DNA from: a virus
Reading direction: 5' to 3' (one strand)
Virus record (IMG/VR): IMGVR_UViG_3300044620_000592
Span: 41,670 to 105,669 of that record
DNA length: 64,000 bases
A program made the translations under genes and the position numbers. Numbering within the stretch: position 1 is the stretch's first letter; every line of letters begins with the position of its first letter. The notes below the pieces were generated by a model, which worked only from the letters and a program-made list of their open reading frames with translations, was not told the origin of the DNA and did no database searches. Positions 48,539-59,332 of this stretch are shown in pieces.

Positions 48539-49842
48539 CCAATTCTTTAGAGAAAGGGGCAGGTTTTCCTGCCCCTTTTTTCATGCCTGCAATCATGTGT
48601 AACATTACACCAATTGTAATATTACAGGAACCCTGCTGGAATAGAGTGTGTAATATTACACCGCTATTCTTTATGGAAATCAAATCCAAATACTAATGTT
48701 TATCCAAATCCTAACATCCGGCCAACTTTATGGCGGGCAATAGGCTTACCTAATATGGGATCTAAAGTCCGGGTCTATTCAGAACCTAATTAACTACCTA
48801 TAGATAGGTATTACATCATTGTAATTCCCATATTTAGCACCTCAAAACGCACACTAAAATTCTCACAAATAAAAACGACGTTATTTATGAGTATTTTACT
48901 GTCTTTTTGATTGATTTAATAGACAATTAGTCTATTTATTACTTATTTTATAACATTTATCTATCTTTATGGGGGGTACAAATAACCGAAATTATGGCTA
49001 TTGGGGGGTTTATATAGATATATATCCCTATAGATAGGAGAATACATAGATAGGTCTACACCAGTTTATTAATAAGATCTGTACCTTTATTTAGAACGCT
49101 TTACAGCATCATTAATAGATTTGGACCCTTCTGAGAATCTATTCCTTGGTACTTCGCTGAATACCTTAAAGGAATCTATTCATCTATCTATATCTTATCC
49201 CTATGAATACTTCTATCTATACTTCTTCTAGAGGTATATCTTAGTTATAACCCGGAAATCAGGGTTTATTCGTAGAATACTTCTACTCCGATTCGCAATC
49301 ATGACCGTAATACCATTCATTAGCCTCTTCTTCATCCAATAGATCAAACAATCTATCGCATTCCGGGCATTCCATCTTTGTTTTAACCTTCATATCTTTT
49401 CCTTATCCTATGACCATAAACAATAGGTCAAATAAGACCCAACAGATAGACACAACCATCATCAAAGGCAATAGAAAGGCTGAAACCGTATCCATCTCCT
49501 TATATGAATCAACCGAATTCCTATCCATCTTCCAAAGTGCATATAGCAATACCACTCCCAATATATTCAAAATAATCATTCCATACCCTTTCGTATGTTT
49601 ATGCATGATCCCGTATGGATATGCATTTCCTTGTATTCACATATAGTATCTTTTGGCCACTTTTGCCAATCCATACCAATATCAAAAGCCCCCTCCTAAT
49701 CTCTCCTCATTGGCTACTGAATAGCTTTCTAAGGGTCTTAAAGATTAGAAAAGGGCAATCACATAGCCCATTTTCTTTTTTACAATATTGAATGGTATTA
49801 GAAATAATCCTAAGTACAATTAATATTAAGTATTAGGGTTAT

Positions 49843-51548
49843 TTACTTGACAATATCATGGCTAACCATTTGGTCATTAAGAGGCTCAACGATAAGTCCA
49901 ACTCCATCTTTTGTCATACCAAAGATGCAACCCGAATCATTTCCTTCAGGATCAGATGAAGCATAAATCATACTTCCATCTTCAAAGACAATCGCTACTG
50001 GAAAGCCTCCCCAACTATTTTCCCAACCTTCAGCGTCAAGCTCAAGTTTATTCATCATTCTAACTTCAGTTACTTTTAAGCCTACTGGATAGGCTACTTT
50101 CTTTTTTGTCATTATTCTTTCCTTTTGTTTTAACCGATGTAATCGCCATAGGCATTAAAATATTGTTCTAAATCATCTAATTTTCCACACCATTCTGATG
50201 GGTCTCTAGAATCATGAATATTCTGCAATTCATTAACCAATTTTAAAGAATTATTGGTAGTAAACCATACTGGGTTAGATTGCTTAATAGCATCCCAAAT
50301 GTGATTTTTTTGGCTAACCAATTCACCTTCGAAATAGTCATAATAGAAACTATCAGCAATGAGCCAACCAGCAGCACATTTCATATCTGGAGCTTGACCA
50401 GCAATCAGATTATCTAGAATTTCAGATTCCCATTCCAAAAGGCTATCTAAATCATCAGGTGGTTCGGATTGTGTAATGATATCCTCTGCTTTATTCCTAG
50501 CTTTATCAATAAGATCAGCTGAATAACCACGATATACACAATTGTCAGTTAAATCTTTTGATTGCTCATCTTGGTCAAGAAGCATCATTTTTACATATTT
50601 AAATGCTTCTTTATCGTTTGTGATTACATTATTCATCATCTTCATCCTCTTCCATTTCAACTTCATCACCCTCAATGACGGTAAAAAGACCATTCAAATA
50701 AGTCTTCAACTGGTTAGGGGTAACATTGCCTAATTCTGCTTCCATCTCCGCAAGGATAAATTCAGCAATATCCTTATCCTTTGGGATTTGAGCAATGTAA
50801 CGGCCAACTACATAGTATTGTTTAAGCATTGTATTTTCTTTCTTATTGTGGTTTTGGGATACAGGTTCGTGAACAAAATGAGGAGTTATTTTCTTCATAA
50901 ATAACTCCCTTAATCAATTGTCTTGAACAGGTTGGGCAAATAAAAGGTTCAGCATTTTTTGAACCAAAATACATAACGGCTTTGCCAAGCAAAACCTTAG
51001 TCATTTCCTTACTTTGCCCTGCAATTGGTTTCGCAGGCTTTTTCTTAGTTGCCATGTTATTCTCCTATTTTTTCTGATGTGGTAAATGAATTCTCAAACT
51101 CAATCTTTGCTTCTCTAAGGAAGGCTCTGATTTCTTTTTCAGTAACTAAAGTATCTCTGTAACCTCTAGAATGATCCGAAGCGTAACTCTTAGCGATTCT
51201 CTTAGCCCAAACCGTTTCTGACTCTGTAGAAACATTCGTGCTCAATCCGAAATGCTTTATAATAACCTTAGGTGTCAGGTATGTCTTAATGGTTTCTTCC
51301 CCATTCCATACACTATAAAGACAGAAGTTATCGTACTTTTCAAATAACTTCCATCTTGCATAGAAATCCGGACCATTTTTGTAATTGATATTACCAATCC
51401 CTAATGCCATAGAACCAAATACTAATGATTTAGTTTCTACATTTAAATCTTCCTGTTCGCCAGGAAGTCCTACATTAATCTTTGTCCAAAGCTCATCTGG
51501 ATAATCTTTGAAATACTTTACATTTTCTGTTGACCAATTTAAAGTCAT
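49843..51548 (-). other. run of hypothetical CDSs (49843..50112, 50130..50693, 50629..50898, 50843..51055 zinc-finger-like, 51057..51548)
   Basis: Contiguous, coupled minus-strand ORFs. Confidence 0.65.
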
Positions 51549-51691
51549 TTTATTTTCCTTACTCTATTTCTTCTGCTTCTGCGGAGAAATCTCTGTTTTT
51601 GATTTCTCCATTAATTAACATATCTTTTGCTATCTCTTCAGCAATAGCACTATTGCCAGCTTCAACATCTACTGATGTCCAAATTGATACT

Positions 51692-52054
51692 CTATAGGTT
51701 TGCATACTTTTTCAATTCGTCAAGTAAAGACGCAGGAATATCTGTATCGTTACCTTCATCATCAACTTGACCAAAGAATACAACATCACCTGCAATGTAA
51801 TCCCCAAGCAAAACTCTTTGCCCAGAGTTATACCAAAGTTCAGTAGCGGTTTTGTTTTCTTCTAACCCCAAGAATTTACCTTCTTCATTGATATAGCAAA
51901 AGTATGGCTTATCACCAAAGCTAACCGCCTCGATATAACCACCTACAACTTCACCAATTTGTGTGTAAAAGCCATTGTAAAGAAATTCTTCAACTTCTCC
52001 ATTTACTCTTACAATTGTTCCTACAATCATATTATTTTCCTTATCTGTTGTCAT
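51692..52054 (-). CDS. DUF3846-like protein
   Basis: VGGYIEAV...INEEGKFLGLEEN..AT...IAGDVV motif. Confidence 0.7.
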   Translation of the reverse strand: MTTDKENNMIVGTIVRVNGEVEEFLYNGFYTQIGEVVGGYIEAVSFGDKPYFCYINEEGKFLGLEENKTATELWYNSGQRVLLGDYIAGDVVFFGQVDDEGNDTDIPASLLDELKKYANL

Positions 52055-52055
52055 T

Positions 52056-54331
52056 TTAGTAAAGACCTAACTCTTCTCTTTGCTCATCTGAAATCATTGT
52101 TACAACACTTCTGCTGCCCATTGAGTCATGATGAGATAATGAATACTCAATGCGATCATTGAATACTTTTCCTTTAATATGCCATCCACTATTAACTGTC
52201 ATAAGATTCAATAAAGATTCTGCATCTTTTGCTTGACCATATCCACTATGATTTCCATCCCATAATGCTAAGTTGGATACTTTCCACCACATTGTTTCAT
52301 TTTGTTCAAACAATCCTGAAGTAATATCCTGAAAGTCTTCTAATGCAGATTCCCAGCATTCACCTTCACAATCAATTTCCAATGCCTCAAACATTACAAA
52401 ATCATCATTGTAATCTCCATCAGCACACATGCATTCATTACTGAATGCGAACTCATATACTTTTTCTGTTTCCATTATTTGATAATCCTTTGATAATCTT
52501 GTATAGCAAAGATGCAAGCAATCTCTCCATTGCCTAAATCTTTAACATCTCCATTGCCTAATAGTGTTTCGTAAATTTTATTGATAGCTTCATTCTCACT
52601 TTCGGATTCAATAAAATATGCAGCAGTTGTTATTACTGTATAACCGGGCATTAGTATTCCTCTCCACTTTCATCTTGAAAAATCAAATCACTAACATCTG
52701 TTCTATGTCCCCAACCACAACTAAAGTCATCTCTTGCCATTTCGTGAATCATTTCAATTACATCATCTAATGTAATCTCCAGTTCATTATCGCTATCTCT
52801 ATTGTCTTCTCTGATTTGCTCAACGACTTTTTCGACATCATAAGAGATAACTTTAGTTACATTAATTCTCTCCGGCCATTCTTCTGGTAATTCATTGTCC
52901 ATTGCTTAACGCCTTTCTAAATACAAAGTCAACTCTTTTGTCCCAAGCTTCATAAACTTCTTTCTTAAACACATTGTTAACAGAACGAAGATTTAAAATA
53001 TTAGTAATCTCATGTTTGATAGCTTGAACTTCTTCAATAGTCCATTCTCTACTTGCAACATAAGATTTAACTTCTTGTACGCTTGCTTCACCTTTTTTGT
53101 ATGCTGAATAATCATCAGTCATATTGTAATACCAATCTGCTCTCATAATCATTTGAGCAATATCTAATGCTTCCATTGAATTCATTTTTTAATCTCCATA
53201 GTGTCGTAAAAGTCAAAGTCTTTATAAATTTCATCACATTCAATGCCATCATTTTCTAGAATATTAATTGCATCTTTTTCATCTTCAGCATCAATATAAT
53301 AAATTTCAGCATAGTGATAGTTTTTAACTACTTGATATGTTTTCATTACTTTTCCCATCTTCTAGTAATTAATACATGAACTGTATCTTCATCAAGATTT
53401 CTATATTCAAATGGATCATCTAAGATCATTTCTAAAGCTTGCTCCTTATTCTCTGCTATAACTTCATACACAAGAGTATAAGTATAGTCTTCATAAATTT
53501 TATAACTAGGCATATCAGTCCCTTGGGAATGGAATATTATATTGAGATTTAATTATCTCAATAATTTCATCAATACATTCACCATCTGTAATCTCTTCTC
53601 CCGGCAATTGCAATACTTCAACAATCCGTTCAACGATTTCTTTGTCTTTACTCACTTCTTCTCCATAGTTCTATTCTGTGCGATAATTGCAAATGTTGTT
53701 GATAACTGTGCATGAATCTGTGCTTCAACCAAAGAGAAAGGAGTTGTATTAAAAAATACTCCTTTTTGTGGTTTAGTTGAAAGCATTAACTCACTTGCAC
53801 ATTCAGCATGAAAAATTGACAATGCTTCAAAGTTTTCTGTTTCAATATAATTGTCTTGAACTTCAATATCGTTCTCTGACCAACTAAGTATTGTTCTCAT
53901 ATTATTTCTTTCTATTAAAATTGACGTGTGTCAAAGTTATTTTTTGTATGGAATGTGATTGTAAAACAACCATTATCTTCGTCAGGTAATTCAACTTCAG
54001 TGATATTTAACCACCAATCATTTTTATCATCTCTGACAACAACTTGGATATCTTCACTAATCGTGTCCAAAATAGCCTTCAATTCTTTTACTGTAATTGT
54101 TGGGCTAAAGCCGTCTGTTTTGATTGAAAACTTTTCGCAAATGTTATCAAACCATTTAGCGTACTCATAAATCCATTCATCAAAAGAACCATTAAAAGGG
54201 TAACTATCTCCAGTCGTACCATTATCCTCAGTTGATAATTTCTCCCAAGCATGAGTTAATTTCATAATGGGTTCCCAAAGAGCACCAGCAGCTTCTATAA
54301 ATTGTTTTCTTACAATGTGATTGTTTTCCAT
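52056..54331 (-). other. run of small acidic hypothetical CDSs (52056..52475, 52475..52651, 52651..52902, 52892..53185, 53182..53346, 53346..53513, 53652..53900, 53915..54331)
   Basis: Stop/start-coupled ORFs, several shorter than the 60-aa track cutoff. Confidence 0.65.
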
Positions 54332-54429
54332 TTTTTTTATTCCTATCTTTCTTTATGGGGTGATATAAAAAGAGACCAGCTATAAATGCCCCGATTTTCC
54401 CTAAACGACATTTATAACTGATCTCTTAG

Positions 54430-54502
54430 CGCTTTCAGTAAGATTCGAACTTACAACCTACTGATTAGAAGTCAGTTGCTCTATCCATTGAGCTATGAAA
54501 GC
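54430..54502 (-). tRNA. tRNA-Arg(TCT)
   Basis: Cloverleaf GCTTTCA...ctgacTTCTAAtcag...TGAAAGC. Confidence 0.85.
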
Positions 54503-54579
54503 ATAAAGGTATATTAGTTATTTTTATTCACACATATACCAGATGCGATGTTTTGAGGTAATAACTTAACCTCGTTCCT

Positions 54580-55101
54580 TTACACTTTAAAACCCCAGTT
54601 ACTAAATCCACCACCATGATATAGAAGGTATTTAGCAACTTTTATATTGCATTTTTCTTTAAGGAGAACTGTCATATCTCCCCAACGCTTTCCGCAAACT
54701 ATCTGCGTTACCGTTGTCCAAGATGAATTTATTTGCAATAAGCCTGAGTCATAAGAATCAACAGCACTACATCTTTTATAGACATTAGCAGCTGATACTT
54801 TACAATTTTTGTGTGACTTACCTTTCTTATAATTCCAACCAATTGCTTTTGGTTGACATCTTGACTCTCTCCACATAATGTAAGAGAATATTTGTACAGG
54901 TAATCCTTCATCTTTAATCATTTGATTATATTGAGGACATCTGTACTCTTCACCTTTCGGTATTTTTTGTTTAACTATCGAGATTTGTCTCTTTAGCTCT
55001 TTGTCACTTAATTCTTTAGCCTGTACGGGGAGTGAAGTAACAACACTTCCCAGACTTAATATCAATGTGATTGATAATAATCGTTTTATAAACCTAGACA
55101 T
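54580..55101 (-). CDS. secreted lytic transglycosylase (SLT/Rpf-like)
   Basis: Signal peptide; IMWRESRC, DSGLLQIN, NIKVAKYL motifs. Confidence 0.75.
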   Translation of the reverse strand: MSRFIKRLLSITLILSLGSVVTSLPVQAKELSDKELKRQISIVKQKIPKGEEYRCPQYNQMIKDEGLPVQIFSYIMWRESRCQPKAIGWNYKKGKSHKNCKVSAANVYKRCSAVDSYDSGLLQINSSWTTVTQIVCGKRWGDMTVLLKEKCNIKVAKYLLYHGGGFSNWGFKV

Positions 55102-55297
55102 ATTTCGCTCCTTTAGTTGTTGGGTTTACGATTTCTGTAAAACAGATAAACGCATTAGCATTTGCTAAGGTGTGCGAAACGAGGTCGTAGCATATTTATC
55201 TACATTCAATGCTCACTCGCTTCACTATTAATTGTCAATAAGCACCACCTCCTCTAAAAAATGGATAAATACAATTATATCACTTAATGTCATATAG

Positions 55298-55371
55298 TAC
55301 CGAATATGGGAATTGAACCCATTCAGGAAACTTATAAGATTTCTTCCGTCAAACCGTTCGGACCATTCGGC
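55298..55371 (-). tRNA. tRNA-Ile(TAT)
   Basis: Acceptor GCCGAAT/ATTCGGT, anticodon loop CTTATAA, GGTTCAATTCC. Confidence 0.7.
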
Positions 55372-55383
55372 TCATTTGGTTAA

Positions 55384-55767
55384 TTAAAAATCATCATCTT
55401 CATTATACAGCTCTTCTAACTCTTTTACCGTTGATAAGATCTGCTCTAATACTTCTCTTGCTCTGTGTACATTCAGCAATGGATTATCCATAAGATGTTC
55501 CCTGGCTAAAGCATAATCCATTGCGTAATCAGAAAGTAATTTTTCAAGAGGTACATCTGTACCAACAGATACTAATCTAAATATCTGACCTAGATGGTAC
55601 ATAAGGCCGTATATTAATCCCGGCATAAACATTTCATCTATGTTCTTGCCATCTTTTTTGAATGATTCAAGGATATATTCCATTGAACTTAAATCATCAC
55701 TTATGTATGATGAAAACATCTGCAATGCATAATCTGTATACAGATCGTTTTTGTTACTCATCTTCAT
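55384..55767 (-). CDS. hypothetical protein
   Basis: 127 aa with SD. Confidence 0.65.
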   Translation of the reverse strand: MKMSNKNDLYTDYALQMFSSYISDDLSSMEYILESFKKDGKNIDEMFMPGLIYGLMYHLGQIFRLVSVGTDVPLEKLLSDYAMDYALAREHLMDNPLLNVHRAREVLEQILSTVKELEELYNEDDDF

Positions 55768-55789
55768 CTCCTTTCTTTTATTTTTTTAG

Positions 55790-55862
55790 TAGGGGCTATG
55801 GGATTCGAACCCATGACCAATAGATTAAAAGTCTACTGCTCTACCAACTGAGCTAAACCCCC
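55790..55862 (-). tRNA. tRNA-Lys(TTT)
   Basis: TAGCTCAGTTGGTAGAGC D arm, CTTTTAA loop, GGTTCGAATCCC. Confidence 0.9.
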
Positions 55863-55872
55863 ATCTTTTGAG

Positions 55873-56451
55873 TTATTGCTTTTCTAACTCAAGAGCTTTT
55901 GCTTTAGCGCGTTCCTTTTCCCATTGAATTTGCCAATTCTTGGAAAAAGTATCAGCCTGAGACAATTCTCCAAACTTATATTCTTCTCCATCATCATACT
56001 GAATCTGAACAGAACCTTGTTGCTTGAGCATTTTACCATCTGTAAATAGGAATCGATAGTAGTCTTCATTTTCTTCACCTTTGAATTCAATGTAACTTCC
56101 ATCTTTTACATAACCAGCAAAGCACTGCAAGAAGTAATCTTCATTGCCGGTCTTATTGCTATAGATAATGTTAGTCATATTACCATCGTTGTCAAACTCA
56201 CAGTCAAAGTCTAAAGCAGCAAGGATGCTAATCATATCCTTACAAGTTTCTGGATAGTTATGTTCCATCCAAGAGAACCATTTGTTTCTAGGATATCTAT
56301 CACCTTCAACTTGATCATTATTTGTACCGTATGAACCACCACGTTTTAAATCGTGATAGTCATTCAATTCGCACATCTTCTTGTAAACATCTTCAAAATG
56401 TTTTTTATCAAGAAAAAACTGTACTTCAGTTGTATTTACATAATAACCCAT
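55873..56451 (-). CDS. hypothetical phage protein
   Basis: 192 aa; MGYY...GSYIEFKGE pattern. Confidence 0.7.
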   Translation of the reverse strand: MGYYVNTTEVQFFLDKKHFEDVYKKMCELNDYHDLKRGGSYGTNNDQVEGDRYPRNKWFSWMEHNYPETCKDMISILAALDFDCEFDNDGNMTNIIYSNKTGNEDYFLQCFAGYVKDGSYIEFKGEENEDYYRFLFTDGKMLKQQGSVQIQYDDGEEYKFGELSQADTFSKNWQIQWEKERAKAKALELEKQ

Positions 56452-56481
56452 TGGGTTCCTTTCTTTTGTTATTTATAACAG

Positions 56482-56565
56482 TAGGGATAATGGGACTCGA
56501 ACCCATACAATATTACTATTGGAAAGTTTTAAGCCTTCTGCGTCTGCCAATTCCGCCATATCCCC
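56482..56565 (-). tRNA. tRNA-Leu(TAA)
   Basis: GGCGGAATTGGCAGACGC D arm, CTTAAAA loop, long variable arm. Confidence 0.85.
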
Positions 56566-56614
56566 AAACCTTTTTGCTAAACCAAACAACCGCTTGTTTT
56601 ATGCAATATATTGA

Positions 56615-57052
56615 TTAAATTTTAGTACATAGCGAAGAGGTATATTTTTCAAGTTTAGAAACATATAATTCCCAACCTTCCTTATGCAATTTTGTATGAC
56701 AACCGTTACATAACAATACAAGATTGTTAAGATCATCATTTCCTCCATTTGAAACAGGAACAATATGATGAACTTGAAGATTAAAAGAATCTAATTTGTT
56801 TAAACAAAGACGACATGTAAACTCATCTCGCTGCTTAATAGTTTCTCTTAACTCCGCATTTACACCATGTCGAAATGTCCCGTTTTCAATTTTCTTTTGT
56901 GCTTTCTTGTAGTTAGCATTTTTAACCTTGTAGTCAATATTCTCTTTACAGAGGCTATTACCACACCATCTTTTACTCCTATAAAATTCTGTTTTTGTTG
57001 TTAAAAAACAATCACCACAACCAGCACAAATAACCTTTCGATTACTTGTCAT
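56615..57052 (-). CDS. HNH endonuclease
   Basis: CRLC...VHHIVP...NLVLLCNGCH. Confidence 0.85.
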   Translation of the reverse strand: MTSNRKVICAGCGDCFLTTKTEFYRSKRWCGNSLCKENIDYKVKNANYKKAQKKIENGTFRHGVNAELRETIKQRDEFTCRLCLNKLDSFNLQVHHIVPVSNGGNDDLNNLVLLCNGCHTKLHKEGWELYVSKLEKYTSSLCTKI

Positions 57053-57339
57053 AATCTAATACCAATCTTTTCTAGTGGAGAACCACTATTGACAATACCA
57101 ACATTTTTGTATGGGTATCTTAATTTAATTTCTTTTGAAAAAGCTGAGCCTACAGAGTCAGCTTTTAACACACTTAATATGTCAAACATAGGAACATCAT
57201 TATAGATATAAGATTGTCCGGATTTAAACTTAACTCCTAACAAGCCTTTTGAACCATCGTTATGATAGTGCATATATTTAACAGTTGATGAATCTATCTC
57301 TGACCAAATAATGTTTACAATTCCGCTTTTATTCAACAT
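57049..57339 (-). CDS. KTSC domain protein
   Basis: DSSTV...LGVKFKSGQSYIY.DVP...ADSVGSAF. Confidence 0.75.
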   Translation of the reverse strand: MLNKSGIVNIIWSEIDSSTVKYMHYHNDGSKGLLGVKFKSGQSYIYNDVPMFDILSVLKADSVGSAFSKEIKLRYPYKNVGIVNSGSPLEKIGIRL

Positions 57340-57646
57340 CTTTCCCCTTAGCTAATTCTTCAGGCGTAATCCCTTGTGCAACCAGTTCTGAATGATAAGC
57401 AATATTCTTAGTTATCTCCCTGGAAGTTGCTGAATTCGGATTATAAAAGAATTCTTTAGAATGGCCGGAAGCATTAGCATCAGTTGAATATTGAAAGATT
57501 CTTGCATTCCAATTGTCAGGCTTAAAGCCAAACTGATTCTGGAACACTTGCGAAGCCATAGACACAGCTTCTTGCACACTATTAACAGAATCTATTTTAA
57601 TAGGGAATCTATATTCAACTATGAAATATTCGTTATGCTTAGGCAA
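57329..57646 (-). CDS. hypothetical protein
   Basis: 105 aa. Confidence 0.6.
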   Translation of the reverse strand: MPKHNEYFIVEYRFPIKIDSVNSVQEAVSMASQVFQNQFGFKPDNWNARIFQYSTDANASGHSKEFFYNPNSATSREITKNIAYHSELVAQGITPEELAKGKDVE

Positions 57647-57809
57647 CTATGGCTCCAATCATTATAACCAAATAAACTAAAACTAAAAAGACAAAAACAG
57701 GGAAAGCAATAAAAAGCAAAAATAGGCAAATCATTGCCAATACAAAGCATTGTAAATAGTACATAAATCTTCTTTCTCAGAAATCCTTTCTGTATCCTAC
57801 ATCGCTCTT

Positions 57810-59261
57810 TTAAACGATGCTTTCACTACCATTCGTTATTTTGAAGATTTGAAGAATAAGTTCGCCCATTCTTGAATCGGCTACTTCTCTAAACATTCTT
57901 CCTTCCATATTGCCATCACCAATTCCTGTTGAATAGTGATCCCATTCATGAACTAATGTAGACATGATTTTTACGATTGTTTCATTTTCTGCAAACTCAC
58001 GATTAATTAGGATTGTCTTATTCATATGAGTTGGGTCATCTTCATCGGGTAACTCAAGAGTAAGCCCATTACAAACAATATCTTCATCTTCCTCAGTATA
58101 AACTCCAACAATATAATCAAAGTTAATTGTTGGTACTACTGTCTCAATTATTTTAATTGCTTGATTTAACTTACTAAACCCATTGATATCCATAGAGTAT
58201 TCATACTTAAAAGACTCTCCAAAGACGCTCTGTGCAGTTGTAATGCCTCTATTAAGTAAAAAGGTATAAATACCCTCATGGTCAATTTGAAAAGGTTTGT
58301 AACCTTTTGACTCAATTGTTTTAATAGCATTTACTGATGATTCAAGAGTCTTAATCAAAACATGATTTGGATATAATTCATCAAATGCTTCTTTCCACAA
58401 TTCGCCAGTAATTCCGTAATTAAAAACATGAGTAGCAATAGAGTCAAACTCGAAATAATTCTCAATGTCAGCATTAACCATTGCTTCAAGAACTTTCTTA
58501 ATCAGATCCTTATCATTAAGTTTTGTCCAACAACGTACAATTTCCATACCCATATCCCATGAGCTAGCAATTGTTCTTTCTTCATTCAATTCAAGATTGT
58601 CAAATTCATAGTCAAAGATTCCATACATAGTTTCTCTTCCAATGTTTTCAGCAGCTTTTTCATCAGAATAAACCAAAACACCTTTTACATAAACTCTAAA
58701 AGTGTCATCAATATGGTTATACAATTTAAAATTGCCATCTGAATAAAGAGCATAACGATTTACTGAGAAATACTTTGCAAAATTCTCATGAATTCTCATC
58801 ATCTCTTCTGTTGCCGTAAAGTAAACAGAAAACTCACCCGGACAATGAACAATTTCTTCAACATCAATAATGTCAATTGACCAAGCTAGGCCACTAATTC
58901 TACTTTCATCTATTGCGTTAGAAACAACTTCACGATAAATCTGAAAGTCATTTGTCCACGAAAGCAGACCTGCTTCTGCAGTAAATGACGAAGGCTTTTC
59001 GTAATCTCCATAGTCATAGAATACGCAAGGAATTCCATCATCTTCTTTGATTACATATTTAAGAATGTAATCACCCTTATTATCACTTCCTACAAATGCC
59101 CAGTCCATTCCTTTCCTAATTGCAGCAATTGGCGCAAACTTAATACCAGATCCGAACTGACCAATTGTCTCATCATTATCCCTCTTTGTAGACAGACCTA
59201 ATTTTTCAAGACCAAGACGATTGACTTCTTTAACCTTATTTGTAACTTTAATGTATTTCAT
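57810..59261 (-). CDS. GHKL (Hsp90-like) ATPase fused to a HExxH domain
   Basis: LGLSTK...IGQFGSGIK, REVVSNAIDE, C-terminal LVHEWDH. Confidence 0.65.
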   Translation of the reverse strand: MKYIKVTNKVKEVNRLGLEKLGLSTKRDNDETIGQFGSGIKFAPIAAIRKGMDWAFVGSDNKGDYILKYVIKEDDGIPCVFYDYGDYEKPSSFTAEAGLLSWTNDFQIYREVVSNAIDESRISGLAWSIDIIDVEEIVHCPGEFSVYFTATEEMMRIHENFAKYFSVNRYALYSDGNFKLYNHIDDTFRVYVKGVLVYSDEKAAENIGRETMYGIFDYEFDNLELNEERTIASSWDMGMEIVRCWTKLNDKDLIKKVLEAMVNADIENYFEFDSIATHVFNYGITGELWKEAFDELYPNHVLIKTLESSVNAIKTIESKGYKPFQIDHEGIYTFLLNRGITTAQSVFGESFKYEYSMDINGFSKLNQAIKIIETVVPTINFDYIVGVYTEEDEDIVCNGLTLELPDEDDPTHMNKTILINREFAENETIVKIMSTLVHEWDHYSTGIGDGNMEGRMFREVADSRMGELILQIFKITNGSESIV

Positions 59262-59332
59262 AACATTAACCTTTCTTTATGGGCGACATAGAGGGGTAAT
59301 CATTCGACTACCCCTCCACATCATTTAAATTA

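Larger units (their letters stand above)
40757..48660. repeat. dispersed 12-bp palindromic repeat TGTAA(T/C)ATTACA and variants, clustered in intergenic spacers
   Basis: Exact copies at 40807, 40841, 41240, 41258, 41294, 41343, 41474, 42161, 42660, 42678, 42748, 43789, 44460, 44764, 44858, 45561, 45638, 45670, 46506, 46531, 46588, 46679, 47338, 48598, 48615, 48649, plus many degenerate copies. Confidence 0.95.

Noticed and set aside
40757-48660. CRISPR array
   Set aside because: Repeats are only 12 bp, degenerate, irregularly spaced and interrupted by genes; no cas genes seen
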